A stretch of DNA of 64,000 nt. It comes from Candidatus Omnitrophota bacterium. Lineage in GTDB: Bacteria; Omnitrophota; Gorgyraeia; JAFGHF01. The notes below the pieces were generated by a model, which saw only the letters and a list, made by a program, of their open reading frames with translations, was not told the DNA's origin and did no database searches. Each line of letters starts with the position of its first letter. The stretch's first letter is position 1. Made by a program: the position numbers and the translations under genes. This document shows, piece by piece, positions 1 to 9,024 of the stretch. The DNA lies in the NCBI GenBank assembly GCA_020341815.1, contig CP070837.1:8034-72033 (forward strand), in the 5' to 3' direction.

Positions 1-1250
1 CCAAAGTCCGAAAAGCTCCTACTGGTAAGATTGTAACCTGCCTCCATCTGAAGATTATAATTTATAGGCAGGGCTAACCTGTTAAAGAAGGTGTGTCTTC
101 TGATATCAGATTCCCTGCTTGAGCTGTCTGCCTCAAAAAACTCATATCCCGATTTTAAAGAAATATGCCTTGCGATGAGTTCAACTTTTTCCAATGCTTC
201 TTTTGCCCTGAAATGCAAGGGGTAAACGCTGAGTATCCTTTTATATTCGGCCTCTGCCTCTTTCCACATAGACTGATAAGAATAAATCTGGCTTACATCA
301 AACATCGCCTCTACATTTTTCGGGTCTTTTTCAATGAGCCTCTTGTAATAGGAAATGGCTCCTCTTATGCGGTTGTTCCAATAGGCCTCTTTCGCCTTCA
401 ATTCCAGCTCAATTTTTTCATTGTATTTAGTGCTTAAAATTTTCCGGTATTCCTCTTTCGATTTCTCGTATTCCCTCGCCCAGCCGAGAACACGGGCCTT
501 GCGCAACCTAACGTCTTCATCTTCTGCCGCTGCGAGAATTTCATCATAACGGCTGAGGGACTTCTGGTAATTTCCGGAATAAGCATAGATATCTGCCAGA
601 TGGCTCTTTGCCTTTATATTGCCTGGCTCCTGCCGAAGAATTTCCTTCAAAATTTCTTCGGCGCGCTCATAATTTCCCGAGTAAAGCAGGGCCTGGGCCT
701 GAAGAAACTTAAGGTTTTGCTCTTCCAGCTTTTGTTTTTTTAGCTTCTTTTTCTTCTTTTCCTTTTCCTCCTCTTTTTCTTTCTCCATGAGGTCTTCGTA
801 AATTTCCGCCGCCTCTTGCACCTTGCCTGAATACTGCATCGTTTTCGCCAGCAATAATTGCGCCTCGTAATCATCGGGGTTTTCTTTCAGGATTCTCTCA
901 GCCGTATTTTTTGCTTTCTCGAACTGGTCACTCCACATATAAGCCTCTGTCAGGGCTCGCATTATAGCGTGATCCTTAGGGTTGCTGGCGAGAATCTGGT
1001 CAAACAGCTCTATCGCTCTTTGATAACCTCCCGTCCAAAGGCGCGCATATGCCAAATCTCTTACTGCTTGCGGATGCGAAGGATTTATTGTCAGGGCTTT
1101 CTCATATAATTCTATTGCCTTTTCAAATTCACCCTTTTCAAAAAAGCGTTGCCCCCGGTGATAATTCATATCGGCCTGTTGAGTATGCTGATAAATCAAT
1201 GTCGTTACCGCGGAAATCAATAATATGAAAATAATCCAGATTATTTTCAT
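1..1250 (-). CDS. TPR-repeat protein, 3' end runs off window (N-terminal signal/TM, many TPR units, C-terminal region looks beta-rich)
   Basis: Manual reverse-complement read from ATG at 1250-1248: MKIIWIIFILLISAVTTLIY... with repeated A..Y..G..A.......L TPR-like units and a KE-rich linker. No stop before position 1, so the ORF track missed it. Confidence 0.6.
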   Translation of the reverse strand, partial: MKIIWIIFILLISAVTTLIYQHTQQADMNYHRGQRFFEKGEFEKAIELYEKALTINPSHPQAVRDLAYARLWTGGYQRAIELFDQILASNPKDHAIMRALTEAYMWSDQFEKAKNTAERILKENPDDYEAQLLLAKTMQYSGKVQEAAEIYEDLMEKEKEEEKEKKKKKLKKQKLEEQNLKFLQAQALLYSGNYERAEEILKEILRQEPGNIKAKSHLADIYAYSGNYQKSLSRYDEILAAAEDEDVRLRKARVLGWAREYEKSKEEYRKILSTKYNEKIELELKAKEAYWNNRIRGAISYYKRLIEKDPKNVEAMFDVSQIYSYQSMWKEAEAEYKRILSVYPLHFRAKEALEKVELIARHISLKSGYEFFEADSSSRESDIRRHTFFNRLALPINYNLQMEAGYNLTSRSFSDF

Positions 1251-1257
1251 TTTCTGC

Positions 1258-1998
1258 CTAAACCTCTATAGGTAAAACCCTGTAACTAACTGCATTCTTA
1301 TTCTCAAGGCCTATTTTTATAGCGTGATGCTTCTTCAAAGTATCTTTTTCCAAATCGTACATCTTTGCTCCGCCGCCTCCGGTTATAATTATATGGTAGC
1401 CATCAAGACGGCAATCCTGAAAGGCATGGATATGCGCGGCAACAATACATTCTATCTGGCTTTTATATTTATCCATTATTACCTTTAGTGCCTGCCATTC
1501 CTCACTCTTCATGCAACTGGCATGCAGGCCGGTTGAAGGAGGAACATGAAAAAAGATAAATGACTTCTTTTTTTTATTTTTCCTCAGTTCTTCCTCTAAA
1601 AAGCCAAGCTCGTTCCTGGAAAATGGCGCCGTAGAATTATTGAGACAAATAAATACTATATTTTTTGATATAACTGCATAGGAAGATGAGCCAAGAGCTT
1701 TGCGATAGTCCGGCATATCGTGATTACCACAGAGCGTAAATACAGGCACGCTTACCCTCCTGTTGCAAAAATCAATTACTTCCCGAAACTCATTCTTCGT
1801 ACCTTCGCAGACAAGGTCTCCTAATATGAAAAATAGATCTGCTTTCTTGCGCAATATCTTATCCAGCACTTTCTTGCTTTCTTTATCGAATCCGGTGCAA
1901 CCGGAATCCCCCAGCAATATGAAATTTCTAACTGTTTTTACATTAATCTCTTTCTTATTAATGCGCTGGATACCTGGTCTCAATTTGGATTCAGACAT
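1258..1998 (-). CDS. calcineurin-like metallophosphoesterase
   Basis: GDSG...ILGDLV...GNHD motifs; 8 nt downstream of the TPR gene start, so likely an operon. Confidence 0.7.
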   Translation of the reverse strand: MSESKLRPGIQRINKKEINVKTVRNFILLGDSGCTGFDKESKKVLDKILRKKADLFFILGDLVCEGTKNEFREVIDFCNRRVSVPVFTLCGNHDMPDYRKALGSSSYAVISKNIVFICLNNSTAPFSRNELGFLEEELRKNKKKKSFIFFHVPPSTGLHASCMKSEEWQALKVIMDKYKSQIECIVAAHIHAFQDCRLDGYHIIITGGGGAKMYDLEKDTLKKHHAIKIGLENKNAVSYRVLPIEV

Positions 1999-2027
1999 AT
2001 CAATAACCTTTAAGGTTATTTAACAAA

Positions 2028-2053
2028 AAGCCCCAAGATAATCCTTGAGGCTG
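2028..2053 (-). terminator. palindromic terminator hairpin (diverged copy of the AGCCTCAAGATAAATCTTGAGGCT family)
   Basis: Imperfect inverted repeat followed by a U-run on the minus strand, immediately downstream of the PPIase gene. Confidence 0.5.
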
Positions 2054-2081
2054 CGTAAAAAATTAGCTGAATAATCCTAGC

Positions 2082-2600
2082 CTATTTCAAATAGGCTCTG
2101 ATAATCTTTTGTTTTCCGGAGGCACTCTCTATTTTCTTAACCGCCTCATAGCCGGAAATAACTTCGCCGAAGATTGTATGACGCATATTAAGCCAGGGCG
2201 TCTTTACGGTCGTAATAAAAAATTGGCTGCCGTTTGTGTTTGGACCGGCATTAGCCATGGCAAGTAAGCCCGGGCGGTCAAACTTGACTTTAGCATCCAC
2301 TTCATCTTCAAAAGGCTTACCCCAGATTGAGCTCCCCCCTCTTCCTGTGCCGGTAGGGTCTCCTCCCTGAATCATGAAGTCCTTTATCACCCGGTGAAAG
2401 ACGGTTCCGTCATAATAACCTTTCTCAATCAATGCAGAGAAGTTCTCACAGGTCTTAGGTGCTATATCGGGCATCAACTTAAGCTCAATTACGCCCTGCT
2501 CGGTCTCTAAAACTACAATTTTATCCTGTGCAGCAGCATCGCTATTTGAGAAACCGCCCATTAGTCCCCCTAACAATAAAATAATCAAAAGTTTTCTCAT
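2082..2600 (-). CDS. cyclophilin-type peptidyl-prolyl cis-trans isomerase, secreted
   Basis: [22 protein letters not shown] motif. Start trimmed to M31 ([12 protein letters not shown] signal peptide), ATG at 2600. Confidence 0.8.
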   Translation of the reverse strand: MRKLLIILLLGGLMGGFSNSDAAAQDKIVVLETEQGVIELKLMPDIAPKTCENFSALIEKGYYDGTVFHRVIKDFMIQGGDPTGTGRGGSSIWGKPFEDEVDAKVKFDRPGLLAMANAGPNTNGSQFFITTVKTPWLNMRHTIFGEVISGYEAVKKIESASGKQKIIRAYLK

Positions 2601-2602
2601 GG

Positions 2603-2968
2603 CTATGCAGAATAGATAAGAAGCGCCCCGATAACCAAGGCAAAAAGGGCATGCGTGCGTAAAAATGCAATCGGTCTTTTTTTCCACCACTCAAGTATGG
2701 ATATGGCCTGCTCCTGGCTAATTACAAAAAGGACAATACCTTTGATAAGCGCCAAAACACCAAACAGAGTCACAAACCAGCTTACCCTGCACCCTCCGGC
2801 AGCCAGTAAAAAGATAATACCTATTATAAGACTTAAAAATGCTCCTATGCGAATCTTTTTTCCTGTTTTCCAGAAATCCACATAGGCCTTCATTATATTC
2901 GGTCTTAATAGATAGACAATTCCAAACAGCATTATAACCAATCCCAAAAGCCTAACTAATATAACCAT
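2603..2968 (-). CDS. small integral membrane protein (4 TM), function unknown
   Basis: Hydrophobic 121-aa ORF directly upstream of the PPIase gene. Confidence 0.45.
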   Translation of the reverse strand: MVILVRLLGLVIMLFGIVYLLRPNIMKAYVDFWKTGKKIRIGAFLSLIIGIIFLLAAGGCRVSWFVTLFGVLALIKGIVLFVISQEQAISILEWWKKRPIAFLRTHALFALVIGALLIYSA

Positions 2969-2998
2969 AATCGCCTCCTTTTAGTCAATTATAACCTA

Positions 2999-3520
2999 TT
3001 AATGCTTCTTATACAAGCCAATTAATTCTGCCTGATCCAGTATATGGCCCTGCATGGCTCTTTCTAAGCCTTTTTTACTTATGCCTTCGGGCAGATTAAG
3101 CTCTGTATCCAGCGCATACATCTTAAAGAAATAACGATGCGTCCCCGAAGGCGGACAAGGCCCGCCGTAGTCCTTGCGGCCGAAATCGTTGCTGCCCTGA
3201 GTGCCGGGAATGCTGTTTTCTTCAATCCTGGAAATAAGCGGGATATTATACACTACCCAATGCACCCAGGTGCCCATGGGCGCATCCGGGTCATCTACAA
3301 TTAAGGCCAGGCTTCTGGCGCCAGCAGGCAACTCATCGATAATCAAGGCGGGATTAATATCCTCTCCCTGACAGGTAAATTTGGCTGGCATAACTGCATT
3401 ATGTTCGAAATCCGGACTGCTTAATTTCATCTTATTTACGCCTCCTTTCTCAATTTGAGCTTTGGCGCAAGAGCCAGATAACACAATAGCCGCAATTACC
3501 AAAAATCCTGTTATTCTCAT
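2999..3520 (-). CDS. YbhB/YbcL family PEBP (Raf kinase inhibitor-like) protein, secreted
   Basis: DDPDAPMGTWVHWVVYNIP signature; signal peptide. Confidence 0.8.
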   Translation of the reverse strand: MRITGFLVIAAIVLSGSCAKAQIEKGGVNKMKLSSPDFEHNAVMPAKFTCQGEDINPALIIDELPAGARSLALIVDDPDAPMGTWVHWVVYNIPLISRIEENSIPGTQGSNDFGRKDYGGPCPPSGTHRYFFKMYALDTELNLPEGISKKGLERAMQGHILDQAELIGLYKKH

Positions 3521-3528
3521 TGTCTTTT

Positions 3529-3768
3529 CTACTGCATAATTATATACACAAAAGCGATAATCCCCAATATAATAACCGCCGCCCCCATAATCCGGGTATT
3601 TTTTATCTCTTTTTCCATTGATATGGGCTCGATCTTCCAGTTAAAAGGCCGGTAAAGCGCTATTTGCATCTCGATAACCTGCCTGGGCCTTAAAGCCAGA
3701 TATGCTCCAAAGAGCATTGCTATAATAACTACAATAACCCGTATCCAGAAAAGACTCATTTCAACCAC
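3529..3768 (-). CDS. small membrane protein (2 TM)
   Basis: 79-aa hydrophobic ORF overlapping the response regulator start by 8 nt. Confidence 0.35.
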   Translation of the reverse strand: MVEMSLFWIRVIVVIIAMLFGAYLALRPRQVIEMQIALYRPFNWKIEPISMEKEIKNTRIMGAAVIILGIIAFVYIIMQ

Positions 3769-4144
3769 CTTCTTTATGCCTTATGGCAGTCTCAATCTTA
3801 TTGACGAGCTCTTTGACACCAGTGGGCTTAGTAATGTAATCCACGACGCCTGCCTTATAGGCCTTGAGCTTATCTGTATCTTTATCCAATGCAGAAACAA
3901 CAATTATAGGAATATTTGAGGCAAAGGCATCATCATTAAGCATCTGGCAAACCTCCACCCCTCCTATTCCCGGCATAAGTAAATCAAGCAAAATAACATT
4001 TGGCTTAAAGCTGTGGATGTGAGATATGATATCTTTTGCGTTTGCGTAAGTTGCTACTTCATAGTTTCCGGTTTTTTCCAAATTCATTTTAGTTATTTCG
4101 AGGAAATTTTCTTCATCATCAATAATCATTATTTTCTTTTTCAT
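3761..4144 (-). CDS. response regulator, receiver domain only (CheY-like)
   Basis: IIDDE...ILLDLLMPGIGG...KPT motifs. Confidence 0.8.
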   Translation of the reverse strand: MKKKIMIIDDEENFLEITKMNLEKTGNYEVATYANAKDIISHIHSFKPNVILLDLLMPGIGGVEVCQMLNDDAFASNIPIIVVSALDKDTDKLKAYKAGVVDYITKPTGVKELVNKIETAIRHKEGG

Positions 4145-4164
4145 AGTTTCTCCGACTATTTTAA

Positions 4165-5835
4165 TTATGATATCTTAAAAATTACAATAACTTTGGTGCC
4201 TTTGCCTATCTTGCTTTTTATTTCGATAATCCCTTTATGCATCTGAATGATATTCTGGGTGACCGACAGCCCCAATCCGACACCCTGGCCGATTTCCTTG
4301 GTAGTGAAAAATGGATCGAAAATCTTATTTAAATTATCTTTTGAGATTCCTATGCCTGTATCTTCTATCTCCACAATTATTACTTTTTCTCCGGCCCTAA
4401 AATGGATTCTGCCTCTTCCTCCCGGGCCTACTACACTTTTTGGCTTATCCAGGGTAAGGCAATAAGAACGGATAAACAACTCTCCCCCTTTGGGCATAGC
4501 CTGAATTGAGTTTAAAAGTAAATTGACAAAGACCTGCTCTATTTTATACTTATCCACCGAAACCTTTGGTAGATTTTCTTCTAACTCCTCAAGGACTTTT
4601 ATATTCTCTAACTTTATTTTATGGCCTATCAAAATCAGGGCACTGCCTAAAATTGAGTTTATATCTTCTGAGGTCTTCTTCAATTGCGAGGCCCTGGAAA
4701 AATCTACGAGTGTGCGTATAATATTATCGGCCCGTACAATATTGTCATCTGCGATGCGCAAGACTTCGCTAATTTCTTGTTTTGATGCGGAGGACACATT
4801 TTGTAAGAAATCGATACACTGCTTGATAGTCGCCAGTGGGTTTTTTACCTCATGAGCTACGCCGCTGGCCAGGCGTCCTAAGGCATTCATCTTTTCAGCC
4901 TGAATCAAGACATCCTGCATCTGTTCCAATTTTTTATAGGCGTTATCCAGTTCTTTTACCCTTTTCTTTTCAGACTGCGCAACTGCTGTTGCCACTGCAA
5001 GCTCTTTTTCCTTTTTCACAAGACTCCTGGTTGCTCTTAAGTCTCTGGCAATACCAACTATGCCTAAATATCCTCCTCTTTCATCGCTTAATACCGAACC
5101 GGAAAAATTGACAGGAATCTTTTTACCGCTTTTAGTTTTATAATTCATTTCATAATTTTTAACAAAGCCTTGCTTGCGCAATTTTTTCAATACTTTTTCC
5201 CTGAAGGGTAACCCTGTTTTATCTGCCAGGATAAGAGATGCCGGCCTCCCCAAAAGCTCTTTTGTCTTATAGCCTAAAAGTTGCGCCGTTGCCGGATTGA
5301 CCGTCCTTATTTTAGCCTGCGGATCCACTACAATAAGAGTAGAGGGCATGGATTTAATCACATTATCGCTGTAGCTTTTGGCTGCGGCCAAGGCCTTTTC
5401 CGCTTTTACCCGGTCGGTTACATCTTTGGAGATATGGACTAACTCCATAACGCGGCCCTTCTTATCTTTAATAGGATAAACGCTGACCTCTACGTAAAGC
5501 TCATTGCCGCGCTTGTCGAAATGCGTATGGAGTAAGCTTACAGGCCTTTTTGTCTTCAAAAGCTTACGCACCGGGCATACATCAAGGGGCGCCCGGCAGG
5601 GTTTTCCCCGCTGATGCGTAATCTTATAGCAAAAATTGCCGATTACGTCTTTGTATCTAAGCCCCAGGGCCTTTAATATTCTTTTGTTGGCCCAGATTAT
5701 TCTAAGGTCTTTGGAGAGGACTAAAATCTCATCGGTAATGTTATCCAGGGCAAGCCTTGCAATTTTTGTAATGTCTTCGCGTATTATGAAATCTTCCGAT
5801 TTATTTTTTCTGGTTTTTAATTTCTGAGCAGTCAT
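4165..5835 (-). CDS. PAS-domain sensor histidine kinase
   Basis: H-box HEVKNPLATI and HATPase_c (DTGIGI...GLGLS). N-terminal PAS regions include a Cys-rich segment. Start set at the ATG at 5835 (TAAAATG coupling with the upstream gene); the track start at 5859 is an alternative. Confidence 0.8.
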   Translation of the reverse strand: MTAQKLKTRKNKSEDFIIREDITKIARLALDNITDEILVLSKDLRIIWANKRILKALGLRYKDVIGNFCYKITHQRGKPCRAPLDVCPVRKLLKTKRPVSLLHTHFDKRGNELYVEVSVYPIKDKKGRVMELVHISKDVTDRVKAEKALAAAKSYSDNVIKSMPSTLIVVDPQAKIRTVNPATAQLLGYKTKELLGRPASLILADKTGLPFREKVLKKLRKQGFVKNYEMNYKTKSGKKIPVNFSGSVLSDERGGYLGIVGIARDLRATRSLVKKEKELAVATAVAQSEKKRVKELDNAYKKLEQMQDVLIQAEKMNALGRLASGVAHEVKNPLATIKQCIDFLQNVSSASKQEISEVLRIADDNIVRADNIIRTLVDFSRASQLKKTSEDINSILGSALILIGHKIKLENIKVLEELEENLPKVSVDKYKIEQVFVNLLLNSIQAMPKGGELFIRSYCLTLDKPKSVVGPGGRGRIHFRAGEKVIIVEIEDTGIGISKDNLNKIFDPFFTTKEIGQGVGLGLSVTQNIIQMHKGIIEIKSKIGKGTKVIVIFKIS

Positions 5836-5836
5836 T

Positions 5837-6421
5837 TTATCGCTGGGGCTCTTGGACACCCTCTTCTATATATTTAAAGAGAAATGTTGCTCTGGATAAT
5901 TTATCAAATAATATCTCTTCCTGAATAAAGGCGGGTGAGGTATCGATAAGCTTGGAAAGCCCTTCCCAGAATCCGAACCACCCCAGGGGCATAAGAATAA
6001 TTGCCATAATCTCAATAGCCAGCACGCTTAAAAACTTAAAATAGGTGGCCGTGGTTAAGAAGCCCAGAGAACAAATACCCACACCCACGAATATCGCCCC
6101 GCGAATGCGAATGCGCTTAATGATTTTCTTCTTCTGCAGAAAGCTATGGTGGAAATGCTCCTTCAGGTGGCGCGCAACCATTTGTTCGGACTCTTTATTC
6201 TTCAGGGAAATGGGGGCATAAATTACTATCACAAATTCGCCCTTTCGTGTTTCCCTGTATCGTTTTTTCAGCTCCTCAACAAAATCTCCGGAAACCGTGC
6301 GTTCATTCAAAGGCCTGGGGTCGAAATCGGAAAAGATATCATCCCAGGTGTCAATGACGACGGCTATCTCCCTTAAGTCCTGTATCCTTTGCTGTGTCTC
6401 TTTGTTAATCTTCTCTTTCAT
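5837..6421 (-). CDS. hypothetical protein with two central TM helices
   Basis: ORF with no recognisable motifs; translationally coupled to the histidine kinase. Confidence 0.4.
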   Translation of the reverse strand: MKEKINKETQQRIQDLREIAVVIDTWDDIFSDFDPRPLNERTVSGDFVEELKKRYRETRKGEFVIVIYAPISLKNKESEQMVARHLKEHFHHSFLQKKKIIKRIRIRGAIFVGVGICSLGFLTTATYFKFLSVLAIEIMAIILMPLGWFGFWEGLSKLIDTSPAFIQEEILFDKLSRATFLFKYIEEGVQEPQR

Positions 6422-6435
6422 GCCTCAAGCTCCCA

Positions 6436-6924
6436 TTATCTTGCCTGCGCAATGCCCGGCAAATACAATATATCTTCCGGCTGGAGAAACTCCAGCTCTA
6501 TGATTTTCCACTTGCCTTCTTCCTTTTTGAAATGCACTTTAAGCTTGGCCTTATCGTATTCGATAACTTCAAGACCCTGTCTCTGTCCATAAGCAAGCGC
6601 CTCTATCTCTACCAAAGCATTTTCACCTTTAATATCTATCTCTAGCTCGGTTATTTTGATAGAGATATTATCGTATTCGGCAACTAGACCCTTGCCGATA
6701 AGAAAGAGCCTGCTGCGGTCATTGCCGTATTTATCCTGATAATCGAAAGAAACATAAAAGATAGAGCGGATAAGGTCTTCTTTTTCTATGGCTCTTTTGG
6801 CCGAATAAATAAGCCGCCTCAAGCGCCCTTCTTCCCCTTCAAGAATGCTCTTTATTGCGGAAAATAAAATCAAGCCGATAAATAAAACAATTGCAGTAAC
6901 TATTATATTTTTTATCTTTCCCAT
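6436..6924 (-). CDS. membrane-anchored hypothetical protein (NTF2/SnoaL-like fold suspected)
   Basis: N-terminal TM then a beta-rich domain; weak. Confidence 0.35.
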   Translation of the reverse strand: MGKIKNIIVTAIVLFIGLILFSAIKSILEGEEGRLRRLIYSAKRAIEKEDLIRSIFYVSFDYQDKYGNDRSRLFLIGKGLVAEYDNISIKITELEIDIKGENALVEIEALAYGQRQGLEVIEYDKAKLKVHFKKEEGKWKIIELEFLQPEDILYLPGIAQAR

Positions 6925-6959
6925 TCGCTTTAAATAAGCTCGCTCCGCCTGCCAAAATC

Positions 6960-7379
6960 TTACTTTTCGAAGTCTTCATCGACCATTTTACGCATTCTTT
7001 TTTTCTCGGATCTTTTTCTTTTGTCCTGGAGCATCTTTTCTTTTGCTCTTTTTGAGCGTTTGCGCTTCTGGCGTCTTATTTTCTCTATTCTCTTTCTTTC
7101 CTCGGATAATCTCCCCAACAGACGCGCTTCAATCTTATTGGCGAGAATCCTTCTGGCTAAGAATCTGTTTAAGGCCTGGGAACGCTCACGACTGCATTTC
7201 ACCTCAATTCCGCTGGGGGTGTGTCTAAGATAGACGCAGCTTGCGGTCTTATTTACCTTCTGCCCGCCCCTTCCGCTTGAACGAATAAACTTCTCCTGAA
7301 GGTCCTGCTCGCGGATTTTCAGGGCTTCCATTTTTGCCCTTAAGGCCTCTTTTTTGGCCTTGGTTATGCCAAATTGCAT
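6960..7379 (-). CDS. arfB: alternative ribosome-rescue factor ArfB (GGQ peptidyl-tRNA hydrolase)
   Basis: SGRGGQKVNKT GGQ motif plus a very basic C-terminal tail; 139 aa. Confidence 0.8.
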   Translation of the reverse strand: MQFGITKAKKEALRAKMEALKIREQDLQEKFIRSSGRGGQKVNKTASCVYLRHTPSGIEVKCSRERSQALNRFLARRILANKIEARLLGRLSEERKRIEKIRRQKRKRSKRAKEKMLQDKRKRSEKKRMRKMVDEDFEK

Positions 7380-7406
7380 ATCTCAATTATACTCCCAAAA
7401 ACAAAC

Positions 7407-7430
7407 AGCCTCAAGATAAATCTTGAGGCT
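7407..7430 (-). terminator. palindromic terminator AGCCTCAAGATAAATCTTGAGGCT
   Basis: Perfect 10-bp stem, U-run on the minus strand; identical copy at 8170-8193. Confidence 0.6.
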
Positions 7431-7470
7431 GAAAGATATAATCAAACTCTCTATTTCCATATCTATCTAC

Positions 7471-8124
7471 TCAGTTAATTTCCAATTCCAGTTTGGATAT
7501 TAACTTATCCACTTCTTTTACAACGCGCGCAGGAAATACCTTGCTAATCTTAATCTCTTCTCTTATAGACTTAAGCAGAGACAAAAAGCGCCTGATTAAG
7601 CTCAGCTTTTTCTTCTGCCAGGCCTCCTGCGGCAGGAGCTCTTCCCGCTGCTTCATTAGTGCCGTAAGGTCCTTTTTCACCGAACGCTCATCTTTTCCGT
7701 TCTCAAAGACATTGGCTCTTAAGCGCTCGTAATCGCTTCTGTCCAGCTCCTTTTTGCTTTTGGCAAGGCGAAGGGCATTTATAGAATCGAGCGTAGGCAC
7801 CGAAGAGGCCTCCTCTCCATAATCATTCTTAAGATATGCCGACTCTTCCTGCTCAAGAAAATAATAAGACTTCAAGAGCTTAAGCGCTGTCTGCTTGCGT
7901 ATGCCGATCTCTTTTGCGGTATACTTATCAAAATTACTGTATCCCCAGTCCTTATATAGCTTATCCTTCCAGACCGAATAAAGAGTCTGGCCCAATTCTA
8001 TCCACGATGTCTTAAAATGCTTGGCATTTTTCAGAACCTGATGCCTCAATGAAGAATCATCCATATTTTCCATCAACTCTTCGATATTTCTTATCGATTT
8101 TGTCTTTACAGCACTCGTAGTCAT
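7471..8124 (-). CDS. hypothetical protein
   Basis: 217-aa ORF with no confident family assignment. Confidence 0.4.
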   Translation of the reverse strand: MTTSAVKTKSIRNIEELMENMDDSSLRHQVLKNAKHFKTSWIELGQTLYSVWKDKLYKDWGYSNFDKYTAKEIGIRKQTALKLLKSYYFLEQEESAYLKNDYGEEASSVPTLDSINALRLAKSKKELDRSDYERLRANVFENGKDERSVKKDLTALMKQREELLPQEAWQKKKLSLIRRFLSLLKSIREEIKISKVFPARVVKEVDKLISKLELEIN

Positions 8125-8169
8125 AAGTTCTCCTCCCTTTGGCTTCTAATTATACCCCACTAACAAAAA

Positions 8170-8193
8170 AGCCTCAAGATAAATCTTGAGGCT
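8170..8193 (-). terminator. palindromic terminator, identical copy
   Basis: Same 24-nt palindrome as 7407-7430, flanked by A6 and T-rich sequence. Confidence 0.6.
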
Positions 8194-8212
8194 TTATATG
8201 CCATTCTATTGC

Positions 8213-8440
8213 TTACAGCTCAAACTTCCCGGACTCTTCTTTCTTCTCTTTAGAGAATCTGCCTTTGGTGTTATCAAGAGTCCGCTGAAGGGCCGTAAAT
8301 ATCTTATCTACCTCTTCGGCAGTATATTCATAACCGGGAGAGGATAGATTGCCTATCAGCTCTATCTTCTTTATTGCGTTCGTCACCCTTTGCGAGGCCA
8401 GGCGTTTAAACTTATCGTGCTTGCTTTCAGCTTCTGCCAT
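8213..8440 (-). CDS. small hypothetical protein
   Basis: 75-aa charged ORF followed by a terminator. Confidence 0.35.
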   Translation of the reverse strand: MAEAESKHDKFKRLASQRVTNAIKKIELIGNLSSPGYEYTAEEVDKIFTALQRTLDNTKGRFSKEKKEESGKFEL

Positions 8441-8481
8441 AACTTAAACCTCCTTTTTAAAGAAACATCCTAACAAAAATT

Positions 8482-9024
8482 TTATAACCGGGGACCGCCG
8501 GAAAAACGGAAAAATAGGGAAAATATAAGCATAAGGGCTGCTACTTGAATAAGCCAGCCGATTACGCAAACCCCCACAGCTCTTCCCATGCTTTTATAAT
8601 CAAGGGCTTGCCTGACAGCAATCGCCATAGCTATAAGCATCCAGATCGAAGAGGCGAAAAATACCAGAGGCCCTATTACAGGAAGGAAGCCAAAGATACG
8701 AATTAAGCCGGCTGAACTGGAGAAGCCGATGGTGCGCAGCATTTCCCCTATATCTGCCTTGGTCTGCGGCTCAGGAAGCAGCTTGGTTCCCACTAAATAA
8801 GTCAAGAATGCCCAGATATACCAGGCCATAAGCGCAGCCATTGTGCCCATAAAAATTCCACCCAGGCCAATCCTGCCGGTGTTTCCTATGCCGGCTGCGA
8901 TACTGGAAAGCACAACAACCCCCATCGCTTGAGACATTGCTGTCTTATCCGCTTCCACCTCTTCATATAATTGAGGTTCCAGGCGGGCAGCGCGAATAAT
9001 ACGGTTTACGAAATTATTCATCAT
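8482..9024 (-). CDS. Yip1-family membrane protein
   Basis: 5-TM pattern with the conserved GG/IG-rich loops typical of Yip1 domain proteins. Confidence 0.6.
   Translation of the reverse strand: MMNNFVNRIIRAARLEPQLYEEVEADKTAMSQAMGVVVLSSIAAGIGNTGRIGLGGIFMGTMAALMAWYIWAFLTYLVGTKLLPEPQTKADIGEMLRTIGFSSSAGLIRIFGFLPVIGPLVFFASSIWMLIAMAIAVRQALDYKSMGRAVGVCVIGWLIQVAALMLIFSLFFRFSGGPRL

Noticed and set aside
4013-5827. Several 60-110-aa plus-strand ORFs (4013..4246, 4247..4465, 4523..4855, 4836..5111, 5636..5827)
   Set aside because: They lie antisense inside the well-supported histidine kinase / response regulator genes and have no motifs. They are typical shadow ORFs of a GC-biased antisense frame.
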